Assembly (NCBI GenBank): GCA_947168825.1
Contig: CAMVNH010000001.1
Span: 61,753-125,752, forward strand
DNA: 64,000 bases
Source: an uncultured Candidatus Saccharibacteria bacterium
Lineage (GTDB): Bacteria; Patescibacteriota; Saccharimonadia; Saccharimonadales; Saccharimonadaceae
Direction: 5' to 3'
The notes below the pieces were generated by a model, which saw only the letters and a program-made list of their open reading frames with translations, was not told the DNA's origin and ran no database searches. The position numbers and the translations under genes were made by a program. Position 1 is the first letter of the stretch; the number at the start of each line of letters is the position of its first letter. Of this stretch, positions 31,753 to 42,115 are shown piece after piece.

Positions 31753-33034
31753 CGATTGGATCCTTTTTGCTGGCGCGGCGGGCTGGCAACGTGCCAGCGA
31801 TAAATGCAATGAGCATGATAATCAAGGTGATAGATATCATGGTTGCAGGTTCGAATTTAGTGAGGGAGAAAGTTGGGAAGCTTGCAAGGAAGGTTTCAGA
31901 AGCGATACGGTTTGCGATTGAGCCTATTAGGACTGAGACGGCAATACCAAATATCGATCCCCAGAAACCAAGTAGGATAGCTTCTAGAGAAAAGCTTGCA
32001 AAGATTTTACTGGAGCTCATACCCATAGCCTTCATTAGTCCGATTTCGCGAGTACGTTCTTGGACGGACATGAAAAGAGTATTAACAATACCAATAGCGG
32101 CAGCAAGCAGAGCGATGATACCAAAAATGTTGAACACGATAAGGATTGCGTCGAAGAAAGTTCGAATCATACCGACTTCATCGTCGATAGTGATGATTGT
32201 AAAACCCTCTTCTTCGAATGCTTTGCGAATAGAATCGAGTTTTGTTGGGTCAATATGACCTGTGGCCATGTAAGCGACTTTTTGTGACTCTGGTAGACCA
32301 TCATACTGAAGATCAACAAGATGATTGTAGAGAGCAAGGTTGACGCGGACACCAGCACCCATACTCATGACGCCGTCGGCGGCTACACCAGTTACCGTAG
32401 CAGTAATGGTTTTTTGACAATCTTGGCGTTTTTCGGTTGTCATACAGGTTAGCGTAACTGGGATTATTAGTTGAACTTTCTTATTAACGGCTGCGTCGTT
32501 GTTTTCGAAGCCAAGCTTTTCGGCATAGTCTTCGGTGAGCATAATTTCGTAACTATCAGAGTTGGCTTCGACTTGGCGTCCGGCGACCATGTCGACATGG
32601 ATGGTGTCATCCGGAAGAAGGTTGAGAGTGATTTTGTACTTTTTATCAGTGTAGCCACTAGTGATGTAATCGGTGCTGAGGTTTTGGTAAGCATTAAGAC
32701 TCTCGACACCGTCGACAGACTCGAGCTTTTTTAGGGTTTCATCATCGAGGTAAGAAGTTTCGATGGATTTAGCGTCTTCTTCATATTCCTGGACTTCTCC
32801 GCTAGTCATATTGAGCATTTGATCGTATAAAGCTTTTGGAGAAATTTCGATGTAGCCATCGCCACCAATAGACTCTACTTGACGGTCGATAAAATCATTG
32901 ACTCCGGCGTTGATAGCGGTGTTTAAAATAATGGTAAAGCTACCAATAAAAATCGCGAGAATGGTGAGAAAAGTGCGTGTTTTATTACGGAGCAGATTGT
33001 GATTTGCGGTGCGGACAAGATCAATAAAATTCAT
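31733..33034 (-). CDS. ABC transporter permease (MacB/FtsX family)
   Basis: RTFLTILAIFIG, SVQERTREIGLMKAMG, PARRASKKDPIDALRYE. Confidence 0.92.
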   Translation of the reverse strand: MNFIDLVRTANHNLLRNKTRTFLTILAIFIGSFTIILNTAINAGVNDFIDRQVESIGGDGYIEISPKALYDQMLNMTSGEVQEYEEDAKSIETSYLDDETLKKLESVDGVESLNAYQNLSTDYITSGYTDKKYKITLNLLPDDTIHVDMVAGRQVEANSDSYEIMLTEDYAEKLGFENNDAAVNKKVQLIIPVTLTCMTTEKRQDCQKTITATVTGVAADGVMSMGAGVRVNLALYNHLVDLQYDGLPESQKVAYMATGHIDPTKLDSIRKAFEEEGFTIITIDDEVGMIRTFFDAILIVFNIFGIIALLAAAIGIVNTLFMSVQERTREIGLMKAMGMSSSKIFASFSLEAILLGFWGSIFGIAVSVLIGSIANRIASETFLASFPTFSLTKFEPATMISITLIIMLIAFIAGTLPARRASKKDPIDALRYE

Positions 33035-33801
33035 TTTTTACTCCTTTCATTTCTTGCCTTTACTGTTGCGGCGACTTTTTCGTGGCGTTTTTCGGCTTCT
33101 TTCATAGTGGATTTTCTAACTTTGGAATCGGAGATAATTTTACCGTCGGAAATCCTAATAATACGGCCACAGAGTTTAGCAAGATCTTCATCGTGAGTGA
33201 CAATTACAAGAGTAACGCCTTTTTTACGGTTAAGCTCAAATAGTAAATCAGTGATTTTATCACCAGTAGATGAGTCGAGATTGCCAGTTGGCTCGTCGGC
33301 GAAAATGATTTCTGGGTTATTAACAATGGCACGCGCGATACATACGCGCTGTTTTTGTCCGCCAGAAAGATCGGTGGCCTTATTTTTGGCTTTTGATGCA
33401 AGGTCGACAATTTTTAGTGCCTCCATGGCCTTGTTTTTGCGTTTACTGCGTTTGATTTTTGAAATCTTTAAAGGCAGGAGGATATTTTCTAAAACTGAAT
33501 CGTTTGGATTCATAAAAAATTGCTGGAAGACGAAGCCGAAGGTGTTACCACGAAGTTTGTTGAGCTTGCGATTTGACATTGTCGAAGAATCTTCGCCGCC
33601 AATAATAACTTTGCCTTTGGTTGGGGTGTCGAGGAGGGCTAACAGATGCATCAAGGTGGATTTTCCAGATCCAGATTTACCGACGATGGCAACGGACTCC
33701 CCTTTGTATATTTTGAGGTTTATATCTTTTAGAGCTTGAAAAGCGGTGGCTTTTTTGCCGTAAGTTTTGGAAAGATTTTTCGCTTCGATGATTGTATTCA
33801 T
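33031..33801 (-). CDS. ABC transporter ATP-binding protein (LolD/MacB type)
   Basis: GKSGSGKST, LSGGQKQRV, ADEPTGNLD, VTHD. Confidence 0.93.
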   Translation of the reverse strand: MNTIIEAKNLSKTYGKKATAFQALKDINLKIYKGESVAIVGKSGSGKSTLMHLLALLDTPTKGKVIIGGEDSSTMSNRKLNKLRGNTFGFVFQQFFMNPNDSVLENILLPLKISKIKRSKRKNKAMEALKIVDLASKAKNKATDLSGGQKQRVCIARAIVNNPEIIFADEPTGNLDSSTGDKITDLLFELNRKKGVTLVIVTHDEDLAKLCGRIIRISDGKIISDSKVRKSTMKEAEKRHEKVAATVKARNERSKK

Positions 33802-33850
33802 AATATTATGATAGCACATCTTAAAAGATTGTGATATAATGGGGGTACGC

Positions 33851-33925
33851 TGGGATGTCGCCAAGTGGTAAGGCAGCGGGTTTTGGTCCCGTCATTCGCA
33901 GGTTCGATCCCTGCCATCCCAGCCA
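33851..33925 (+). tRNA. tRNA-Gln(TTG)
   Basis: TGGGATGTCGCCAAGTGGTAAGGCA-GCGGG-TTTTGGT-CCCGT...GGTTCGATCCC...GCCA. Confidence 0.95.
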
Positions 33926-33975
33926 TTTTGAGTTCCTATTAAACTAGTACATTTACAGAGAGGTTGGTGATTGTT

Positions 33976-35739
33976 ATGTGCAAAAGTACATTGGTCCGTA
34001 TTAAGAGTGCCGAGGGGTGGCGGACTTTTAAGGTTTTTTTAGTATTGGTATGCTTGGCGATGTCGCTCATACTTATGTCTCATTTATCTATGGCTCGTGT
34101 ATTTGCGTCTGATAATGCGACTAGTGATGAGTTGGTTATGCTTGATGTTACTGGTACGGAGTACGACGAAACTATGAACATAGCCGATTTGGATATCGAC
34201 TATCAGTCTCCAGGTCGTCCCAATGCAGATGAGTGTGCGCAATACGTTGAATGGTTGAGCACGCCGCTGCGCAATGGAAACACGATGGAGGCTGTTCGCC
34301 TTGATTGGGTGCCAATGGTTAAAGCTTTGGCGTCTGGCACGGTGCCTGGTGATGGCTACGCATGGAGTTTTGAAGATGCGCCATTTTATGCTGATGCTGA
34401 GGATATGGCTACGGCTAAATATCGCTTTGATACGCATACTGCTAATATGCAGCCAAGAGCGCTTGCCGCGTTACTGTGTGAAGCTTCGATAGGTGTGTAT
34501 GATTTATACAGCCTGGACTATTTTTTGGGAATTCGTCAAGTTGACGAAGGCGTGTGGCGGTGTGCTATGGTTGGAGTGACGGTTAGTGAATGGCGTTCTC
34601 CTCATGGAGCTGTATGCTCGCGTAGTGAGGCACTAGAGTACTACAATGAATGTCAAGAACGAATTGGGCTCGTTGTTTCAAATCTTAGGGCAGCTAAGCA
34701 AGAAAACGGTGAAGAGTTGACTAACGCTCAGAAACTAAAATGGGTCCATGATTGGCTGATTAATAGTGCTAATTATGCGTATGACGAGCTTGACAAGTAT
34801 TACGATGAAGAAGGCGGTGCGGATAAATATCGGCACATATTCAATGAGTACGGTGCTATAGTTGAAGGTCGTGCGGTCTGTCAGTCTTATGCGTATGCTT
34901 TTGAGGCTATCGTCGAAGAGCTAGTTCGACAAACTGGTACAGATATTAGGTGTGAGGAGGCTCACACTGAGGATCATTCTTGGAATCGAGTAAAAATTGA
35001 TGATAAGTGGTACCATGTTGACGTGACTAATGATGACTATGGCGATTTTGATTTTTTGGCCGATAGTGTAAGCACAAAGTACTTTCTCTTTAGTGACTAT
35101 TGCTTGACTAGCTACTATGATTCTATTACTTCATACGACTCGATAACTTCTATTAAGGAAAAAGCAACTAGTCGTGAGTATGAAGGTGTTGGGGACTGGC
35201 CACGCTACAAGAAGAATATTTCTGAGTACACAGTTATAGTCAATAATCCTAGCCAAGACAATGTATATGAGAGTTATGCTGACTTACCATCTATAGATGT
35301 GGCATATGGCTCTGATATTTTGTCCAAATTTTTGTATCAGGTTGAGGAAGTGTACAATGAGAAAAATGGTCGGGTAGAGACTAAAATTGTGCCTGCAATG
35401 GCCTGTAAAGCTCTTGATGGTGAGTTAGAGGGTCCTACGTTTACCATTTTTGTGGGAGAGATTTCTGGTAACGCGCAATCGAAGACTAAGTATAAGCTCG
35501 GCAAGAAGAAGGCAGTTTGCCCATTTGACAAGGAGTTCAAGCCATTTGCCGCTAAATATACCTATGATATGAAGCCGGAATTGGCAAAATCCACAGGCAA
35601 TTCACTGACACTAAAAAATGGAGTGAACTATACAGTCAAATATAAGCGTAACAAGAAAGTAGGGTGGGCTACTGCAGTAATTGAGATGAAAGGTGCTTAC
35701 GCTGGTAAGGTGACGGTTCGTTACAGGATTGTAAAATAG
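33976..35739 (+). CDS. Exported transglutaminase-like (Cys-His-Asp) protein with C-terminal Ig-like surface repeat
   Basis: Hydrophobic N-segment; VHDWL, AVCQSYAYAF, HSWNRVKIDDKWYHVDVT; C-terminal LKNGVNYTVKY..VGWATAVIEMKGAYAG. Confidence 0.8.
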   Translation: MCKSTLVRIKSAEGWRTFKVFLVLVCLAMSLILMSHLSMARVFASDNATSDELVMLDVTGTEYDETMNIADLDIDYQSPGRPNADECAQYVEWLSTPLRNGNTMEAVRLDWVPMVKALASGTVPGDGYAWSFEDAPFYADAEDMATAKYRFDTHTANMQPRALAALLCEASIGVYDLYSLDYFLGIRQVDEGVWRCAMVGVTVSEWRSPHGAVCSRSEALEYYNECQERIGLVVSNLRAAKQENGEELTNAQKLKWVHDWLINSANYAYDELDKYYDEEGGADKYRHIFNEYGAIVEGRAVCQSYAYAFEAIVEELVRQTGTDIRCEEAHTEDHSWNRVKIDDKWYHVDVTNDDYGDFDFLADSVSTKYFLFSDYCLTSYYDSITSYDSITSIKEKATSREYEGVGDWPRYKKNISEYTVIVNNPSQDNVYESYADLPSIDVAYGSDILSKFLYQVEEVYNEKNGRVETKIVPAMACKALDGELEGPTFTIFVGEISGNAQSKTKYKLGKKKAVCPFDKEFKPFAAKYTYDMKPELAKSTGNSLTLKNGVNYTVKYKRNKKVGWATAVIEMKGAYAGKVTVRYRIVK

Positions 35740-35748
35740 CCGCTCGTT

Positions 35749-35772
35749 AAAAGCCCCGATTGGGGCTTTTTT
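35749..35772 (+). terminator. Intrinsic terminator
   Basis: AAAAGCCCC-gatt-GGGGCTTTTTT. Confidence 0.8.
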
Positions 35773-35813
35773 CTTTGGGTAAGCATAAGTGTGATATAAT
35801 ATACATTATATAT

Positions 35814-38800
35814 ATGGTTGAAAATTCGTATCATAAGTCGCTGAATGAGAGTATAAGCCCAAATTTGCCGGGTAGGATTTCGCGTGAAGAAGAAAAAAAA
35901 CGAGTACAAGAAGAAGCGCGCGAAAAATTAAGGGAGGGCGAGGACATCGCACAAGAAGATGATATAGAGGAGAATAGTAAGAATGCGAGGTTGTCAGAAA
36001 GAGTTGGTAGCGCTGCGATAAAATATGCGGCTGGCGGAAGGGTTAAGGGTGCGACTAAGGCGGTAAAAGTTCTTGGCAAAGTAAAGAAGTTGGCGCCGGC
36101 ACTTGTGGTCTTACTCGTAATAGTTGGATTTGCGATTTTTGTGGCATCGGTACAGTCGTTGATGCCATTCGCATTAGTAAATCAGTTAATGGATAATTTT
36201 AATTCCGTAGCGGTTTCTCCGGCAGAGCGTTCAAATGAGTTTTTGAATATGCAGCTTGCGGCTGGACGAGGAGAAAGCACTTATGGCGAAACAGTCTATG
36301 ATGGGGATGAGTTTGGTCTTTCGGATTATCAGAAAACGGCGCTTGCTGGCGTAGGGATCGAATACGATGAGAGCGACGATGGGACAAAATCATTAGTTTA
36401 TACCAATGATGCTGGTGAGAAGGTGGCAGTGGTGTCAGATACGACCGTGGCTGGTCTTGGGGCAGAGATTGCAGCGGTTGGAGGGGTATTTTCGGATGCA
36501 ATGAGCGACAATGACAGATTGATGGCAGCAAAGAGTGAATTAATCGCGAGATTAGATACGGATGATGTGAAGACGGTTTCAGAGGCGTTGAACGATAAGA
36601 CATTCAAAAAGAAATATACAAAAGGGACAATGACCTATCGTGGTACGGTTGCGGGATGGTTTGAGTCTTCGACTGAAGATACATATAAGCGACTAGGTCT
36701 TTCCAAAGGTAGGGATACTTATTCTGATTGGGAATCGACTGGAAATTACGAGGAAGATTATCAAAAATTTGTAGAGAAACAAAAAAGCGATTACGCCAAC
36801 GAGGGAAGTGTGGATGCGGATGGGACGACAACTTATGATGGTTTGAAAGCAAAAGCCAAAGAGGTAGCGAGCCGAGCTAGTAGTAAGGGATGTAAAGCGA
36901 TGTCGGCAATTCAAGAGACCCACAGTGCTGTAGCTGCACAGCAGCGATACATGCAGGAGGGTGCAGCATCTGGTTATCTGGAAAGTATTCAAAAAACGCA
37001 GTCTGGCGATGGTTCAGCAGCGCCGTTAAACATCTATAATAATCGAATGACAAGACCGGACAGTAATGGTAATTCGGCGATGTCAGCGAAGGGGGTAGCC
37101 TGGATGTTTGGTAGTGGCGGCTTAAAACAGGATGAGGCGACGTTTGCAGTGAGTAGCGAATCTAACGCAAGTACAGTTTCTGGTACCGTACAAATTAGTA
37201 GCGATGCACAGGATGACTATAACGCATGTAACTACATAGATAGTACTTCTGGTCAGACTGGAAGAAGAGGATTCTTTGGTATGATTGCGGCGGCGTTTAA
37301 TAAAATTAGTAGTTTCATTAAGGACTTTTGGAGTATGTTGACCGGTGGCGGTGGTACTGATGAGGTATTGGAAGAAATTGACCCAGCACTAAAAAAGTAT
37401 TCTGAAATGCTTGATAATGAGTACTTTACAGATACGGTTGGGCCGGAACTGGGTGATGTAACGGTGCAAGCTTCGCAGCAGATTATGACTGAGGTGTCGA
37501 AGGGTGAGGGCATGTCGATCGCGAATGAAGAAATCGTAAAAACTGGATATCAGAAATACCAGGAAGTTTTAGCAGATCGGGCGGAAGTTGATCGAGAAGA
37601 AAAGAGCCCGTTTGATATTAACTCTCCAAATACATTCTTGGGCAGCTTAGTTCAAAAAACTTTAATACCAATGGCTGTTAGCTTGCAATCATCTACAACT
37701 TTGACAAAATTGGCAAGTACATTTTCGAACCTAACTTCCAATTCGCTTATTTCTCTTCTGCCAACGTCTAGCGCGGCCGATCAGGCAGAGTTCATCGCTA
37801 GTAGTGTGGGTGACTGTCCAGTGTCTGGCTCGACTGGAACAGAGGAGACAACTTTTTCAGTGAGCAATGCTTACTGCAATCAATACACAGGAACGGATTT
37901 TGCAACAATGAGTGATGACATCTTGTCAAATTTTGAAAAAGTAGCAAAATTGAGATATGACAATCGAGCTAATCGATCAGACTATAATATAGTTCAAGAT
38001 CCGAGGACTGGGGTTTGGTATCTTAGCGGAGTAACTGACGCTGAGTTGCACAACGTGAAAGCAAAAGGGTATTTTTGGATTAATACAAAAGACGATAATC
38101 CTTGCACTAGAGGTGGGGCTTGTACTTTCAATTATATTTTTTCTAGCGATATGGACAGAAGAAATGATATCGTAAATAAGGATGGTAGGAAATGGGATTC
38201 GAATCCTATCGATGGAGATTTGGTGTGTGCGTCGAGGATGTCGGTTTGGCATTATGCTAGTGGCAGAGTGGAATATATACCACTTGAGTGGTCATATAAC
38301 ACGACTACTAATTTTAAACATACTGGGTTTGTAGATGGATATCCAACAAGTGAATTTAGTGCAGGGCAGCCTACGGCGCAGCGAGAGGGATGTACGCTGG
38401 ATATGAAGATAGATAATAAGAATCCGGATATTAATCAATTTTCAGCTTTAGGCGAATACATTGTAATGTCGGGCCAAAGAGTGTCGAACTGGGGCGTGCT
38501 TGATGCTGATCTTGCAAAAATGGCAGCAGGGGTGGATTTAGAGCATGGTGCTTGGCATGAACCGACTGATGATGAGATAGATCAAGCTGCACATAGCGAA
38601 ATGCATGCGGCAAGGATTTCTGGTTCGGCGTATTCGGCGACACATGATCAGACAAAATCCAATAATAAAATCTTCATGGCACAGAATGGTGGCACCGGTC
38701 TAGCTTGGGAGTATGAAAATCAATATTATCAACGTTACGTTGAAGACCAGGCATTGCTTGAGAGCATTCGGGCGATCAACAAATCGAGTGTAACTTTGGC

Positions 38801-39098
38801 TGTGGCAGATTATCATAAAGTGAACCCGTTGGATAACTCGATAGAAGGAATTATCGCGCGTTATTCTGGACAGAAAAAAGAAACAGTAGTGGCAGTGTTA
38901 GATCTTCTGAATTATGCAAATTATATTGCGCAGTACGATCCGACAGATTTGTATCCGTTGCCAGTAAGGAAGACGCAGTTTGATTATTCTGAGTTGACGC
39001 CAAAGGATGGGTCGCCGGAGAGTGGAGCGGTGGCACTAGAAAAGGTGCGCATCCAGTACGCACCTTCGCGAAACCGTTATAAGACGATTACTCTATAG
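35814..39098 (+). CDS. Large (about 1090 aa) membrane-anchored hypothetical protein
   Basis: Charged N-region, TM (LAPALVVLLVIVGFAIFVA), long region with scattered Cys; no catalytic motif recognised. Confidence 0.75.
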   Translation: MVENSYHKSLNESISPNLPGRISREEEKKRVQEEAREKLREGEDIAQEDDIEENSKNARLSERVGSAAIKYAAGGRVKGATKAVKVLGKVKKLAPALVVLLVIVGFAIFVASVQSLMPFALVNQLMDNFNSVAVSPAERSNEFLNMQLAAGRGESTYGETVYDGDEFGLSDYQKTALAGVGIEYDESDDGTKSLVYTNDAGEKVAVVSDTTVAGLGAEIAAVGGVFSDAMSDNDRLMAAKSELIARLDTDDVKTVSEALNDKTFKKKYTKGTMTYRGTVAGWFESSTEDTYKRLGLSKGRDTYSDWESTGNYEEDYQKFVEKQKSDYANEGSVDADGTTTYDGLKAKAKEVASRASSKGCKAMSAIQETHSAVAAQQRYMQEGAASGYLESIQKTQSGDGSAAPLNIYNNRMTRPDSNGNSAMSAKGVAWMFGSGGLKQDEATFAVSSESNASTVSGTVQISSDAQDDYNACNYIDSTSGQTGRRGFFGMIAAAFNKISSFIKDFWSMLTGGGGTDEVLEEIDPALKKYSEMLDNEYFTDTVGPELGDVTVQASQQIMTEVSKGEGMSIANEEIVKTGYQKYQEVLADRAEVDREEKSPFDINSPNTFLGSLVQKTLIPMAVSLQSSTTLTKLASTFSNLTSNSLISLLPTSSAADQAEFIASSVGDCPVSGSTGTEETTFSVSNAYCNQYTGTDFATMSDDILSNFEKVAKLRYDNRANRSDYNIVQDPRTGVWYLSGVTDAELHNVKAKGYFWINTKDDNPCTRGGACTFNYIFSSDMDRRNDIVNKDGRKWDSNPIDGDLVCASRMSVWHYASGRVEYIPLEWSYNTTTNFKHTGFVDGYPTSEFSAGQPTAQREGCTLDMKIDNKNPDINQFSALGEYIVMSGQRVSNWGVLDADLAKMAAGVDLEHGAWHEPTDDEIDQAAHSEMHAARISGSAYSATHDQTKSNNKIFMAQNGGTGLAWEYENQYYQRYVEDQALLESIRAINKSSVTLAVADYHKVNPLDNSIEGIIARYSGQKKETVVAVLDLLNYANYIAQYDPTDLYPLPVRKTQFDYSELTPKDGSPESGAVALEKVRIQYAPSRNRYKTITL

Positions 39099-39603
39099 AT
39101 GTAATTTCGCCGTGGTCCAGGTGAAGTATACGCTGATTACGAGAGCCACGGAATTTTAGAGTGAGGTCGCGTTCTTCTAGGACAAAGCGACCATCAATAA
39201 GCGCGTCGAGTTCTTTTAGAAAATCTACTGCTGGTCCACCATAACTCATGATTTCTTCATAAGTGAAGCCAGAGAAGCTCCAGACGTCCCAGCCAAGTTC
39301 TTTTTTTGCGAATTTTGCAAGCTCGAGACAAGCTTCTGGTTGGACGAATGGCTCACCGCCGCAGAATGTGAGCCCGGTCTGTCCTTTAAGATTTCTTAAT
39401 TCGTTTTTAACCTCTTCAATATCTATTAGTACTCCGGCGTTGAAATCCCAAGTTTCGGGGTTTTGACAACCTCTGCAGTGATTTGGACAGCCTTGTGTCC
39501 AAATCACTGCCCGAAGGCCTGGTCCATTAACGATTGAATCGTGCTCAATCGGTCCACTAAGGCGGATTTGGTGTTCTCCGGTCTTCATAATTTGTTTTGC
39601 CAT
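39088..39603 (-). CDS. nrdG: Anaerobic ribonucleotide reductase activase (radical SAM)
   Basis: SIVNGPGLR, QGCPNHCRGCQNP, GGEP, FRGSRNQRI. Confidence 0.95.
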   Translation of the reverse strand: MAKQIMKTGEHQIRLSGPIEHDSIVNGPGLRAVIWTQGCPNHCRGCQNPETWDFNAGVLIDIEEVKNELRNLKGQTGLTFCGGEPFVQPEACLELAKFAKKELGWDVWSFSGFTYEEIMSYGGPAVDFLKELDALIDGRFVLEERDLTLKFRGSRNQRILHLDHGEITSIE

Positions 39604-41963
39604 TAGTCTTTTCCTAGTGCGTGTTTTGCAGTCTTTTTAGCTTTTTCACGGGCAGATTTTTCTGAAGTAGTGTAAACGCCGTCTTTGTGACAGGCAACAC
39701 AATCGACGTTGTGTTTAACGCGAGCAGCTTCTTCGGCTTTCTTACCGTCATTCCAGCGCTCGAGAGAGCCTACAAGATAACCAGTGATGCGGCGAAGGCG
39801 TTCGAAGAGGACATCATCTTCAATGCGACCGCAGCTTGGACAACGATTGCCTTTGATGATGCCGGAGAAACCGCAAACTGGATCGCGATCTACCGGATGG
39901 TTGACGGAGCCGTAACCAATTCCCATGTCGTGCATGTGGCGAATGACGGCTTCGAAAGCTTCGATGTTGTCAGAAGGGTCGCCATCAAGCTCAATGTAGG
40001 AAATGTGACCAGCGTTACAGAGTGCATGATACGGTGCTTCTTTATCGATTTTATCGAAAGCGGAGATTGGATAATAAACTGGAACATGGAAGGAGTTGGT
40101 ATAGAAGTCACGATCGGTGACGCCTTCGATAGTACCATATTCTTTGCGATCAATTTTAGTAAAGCGACCGGCGAGACCTTCAGCAGGGGTAGCGAGAAGT
40201 GAAAAATTGAGCTTATATTTTTTGGCATATTCGTCGCATTTTTCGCGCATATGGGTAATGATGTCTATCCCAAGTTCCTGGGCTTCTTCGGACTCACCAT
40301 GATGCTTACCGATCATAGCTTTCAAGGTTTCGGCAAGGCCGATGAAACCAATAGTAATTGAACCGTGTTTGATAACATCTTTTAGCTTGTCGTTTGGCTT
40401 TAGTTTTTCAGAACCGAACCAGTTGCCTTGTCCCATAAGAAATGGGAAGTTTCTGACGTGTTGATTGCCTTGGAATTCGATACGTTCTAGAAGCTGATCT
40501 TTAACTAGGTCCATGACGCGGTCAAGGTCTTTATAAAACCCAGACCAGTCAGCTTCTTTGCGCTCGCCGAGACAAATACCGTGTTTAATACCGAGACGGA
40601 CAAGGTTTACAGTAGTCCAAGAAGTATTACCGCGACCGGTGATGATGCCGTCGGATTCTGGGAATACGGATGAGAACACGCGAGTGCGGCAGCCCATAGT
40701 AGCGATTTCGGTGCGGTAGTCGCCTGGCTTATAATATTGTAAATTGAACGGTGCATCGATAAAAGTAAAGTTCGGGAAGAGACGCTTGGCGGAAACCTCC
40801 ATACTGCGCTTGAAGAGGTCATAGTTTGGATCGCCTGGATTATAGTTAATTCCCTCTTTGACTTTGAAGATGCTGATTGGGAAGATTGGGGTTTCACCTT
40901 TGCCGAGGCCATTCATGGTAGCTTCAAGCAGGCATTTGCTAACTAGGCGACCAGATTCGGTAGTATCGGTGCCGAAGTTGATACTAGTGAATGGAACTTG
41001 TGCACCGGCGCGAGAATGCATGGTGTTGAGATTATGAATGAAGCCCTCCATAGCCTGGAAAGTCTGTTTTTCGACGTCTTTGGAGCTAGCCTCGATAACT
41101 TTTTCTGGGACCTTTAATTTTTTCAACTTTTCGTCATCGCCATATTTAATATCGTCTGGGATTTCGATCTTTAGTTTTTTGTCAGTAAATTCGTTGTATT
41201 TCTCGAGATTAGATGCTAGAGATTTCCTAAACGATTTGTCAACACCTGGGGCCATAGCGTAGTCGAAGTTTGGAATGGATTGGCCGCCGTGCTGTTCATT
41301 CTGGTTAGCTTGAAGGATAATGGCGCAGAGAGCAGCATATGAACCAATAGAGTTTGGAGTACGAAGGTGACCATGACCAGTATTGAAACCATGCTCAAAC
41401 AGCTTTAGTGGGTCGGTCTGACAACAAGTTAGGGTGCCAGTAGCATAGAAATCGAGGTCGTGAATGTGGATGTCGCCGTTATCATGAGCAGCGGCAAACT
41501 CTGGTTTTAAGAGGACGGTTTTGGCGAAAGCTTTCGAACCCTCGGCGCCAAATTGGAGCATTTTACCCATAGCTGAGTTGCCGTCGACGTTGGCGTTACC
41601 GCGCTTAACGTCGGAGTCTTCTGAAGCATCAGCAAGAGAGATGGTCTTGTAGATGTTCATGAGATTAGATTTGGCGTCGCGAGTACGGTTGCGCTCCTGG
41701 CGGTAGGTGATGTATGATTTAGCGGTACGTTTGAATTTCGACTCCATGAGGACTTCTTCGACGACGTCTTGGATTTGCTCAACGTGTGGAGTACGAGATT
41801 TGATAGTCTCGTCTAAGCGTTTTAGGACTTTTTCAGTGAGTTGTTTAGCGCGATCATATTTAAATTCTTCAGTTGCAGCACCAGCGGCAGCGATAGCATC
41901 GGTGATTTTTTCTGGATTGAAATTGACAATTTTTCCGTCGCGCTTAGTGATTTTTTTGAACAT
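39603..41963 (-). CDS. nrdD: Class III anaerobic ribonucleoside-triphosphate reductase with ATP cone
   Basis: ITKRDG ATP cone, IHIHDLD, TCC, MGCRT, ATPAEGL, RRITGYL glycyl-radical motif. Confidence 0.97.
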   Translation of the reverse strand: MFKKITKRDGKIVNFNPEKITDAIAAAGAATEEFKYDRAKQLTEKVLKRLDETIKSRTPHVEQIQDVVEEVLMESKFKRTAKSYITYRQERNRTRDAKSNLMNIYKTISLADASEDSDVKRGNANVDGNSAMGKMLQFGAEGSKAFAKTVLLKPEFAAAHDNGDIHIHDLDFYATGTLTCCQTDPLKLFEHGFNTGHGHLRTPNSIGSYAALCAIILQANQNEQHGGQSIPNFDYAMAPGVDKSFRKSLASNLEKYNEFTDKKLKIEIPDDIKYGDDEKLKKLKVPEKVIEASSKDVEKQTFQAMEGFIHNLNTMHSRAGAQVPFTSINFGTDTTESGRLVSKCLLEATMNGLGKGETPIFPISIFKVKEGINYNPGDPNYDLFKRSMEVSAKRLFPNFTFIDAPFNLQYYKPGDYRTEIATMGCRTRVFSSVFPESDGIITGRGNTSWTTVNLVRLGIKHGICLGERKEADWSGFYKDLDRVMDLVKDQLLERIEFQGNQHVRNFPFLMGQGNWFGSEKLKPNDKLKDVIKHGSITIGFIGLAETLKAMIGKHHGESEEAQELGIDIITHMREKCDEYAKKYKLNFSLLATPAEGLAGRFTKIDRKEYGTIEGVTDRDFYTNSFHVPVYYPISAFDKIDKEAPYHALCNAGHISYIELDGDPSDNIEAFEAVIRHMHDMGIGYGSVNHPVDRDPVCGFSGIIKGNRCPSCGRIEDDVLFERLRRITGYLVGSLERWNDGKKAEEAARVKHNVDCVACHKDGVYTTSEKSAREKAKKTAKHALGKD

Positions 41964-42023
41964 AAAATTATTACCTCCTTAAATTTTTACTGCGAGTTAA
42001 AATAGTTTGTGTTTTATTGATGA

Positions 42024-42076
42024 ACGCTATATGTAGTGTCTGTGATTAGTATAAGACACTAAATGTGGGGTGTCAA
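42024..42076 (-). promoter_or_regulatory. nrdD promoter with two NrdR boxes
   Basis: TTGACA(42071-76)-17-TATACT(42048-53); boxes ACACTACATATAGCGT (42024-39) and ACCCCACATTTAGTGT (42056-71), 32 bp apart, resembling acaCwAtATaTwGtg. Confidence 0.8.
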
Positions 42077-42115
42077 GCGTTTTTAGGCTTATTCTTATTG
42101 TAATTTTTACAACAC

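Noticed and set aside
33851-39098. Integrative element or prophage at tRNA-Gln
   Set aside because: No integrase and no duplicated tRNA 3' end seen. CATCCCAGCC matches near 1686, 15545 and 28546 are Gly-Trp-Asp codons in minus-strand genes.
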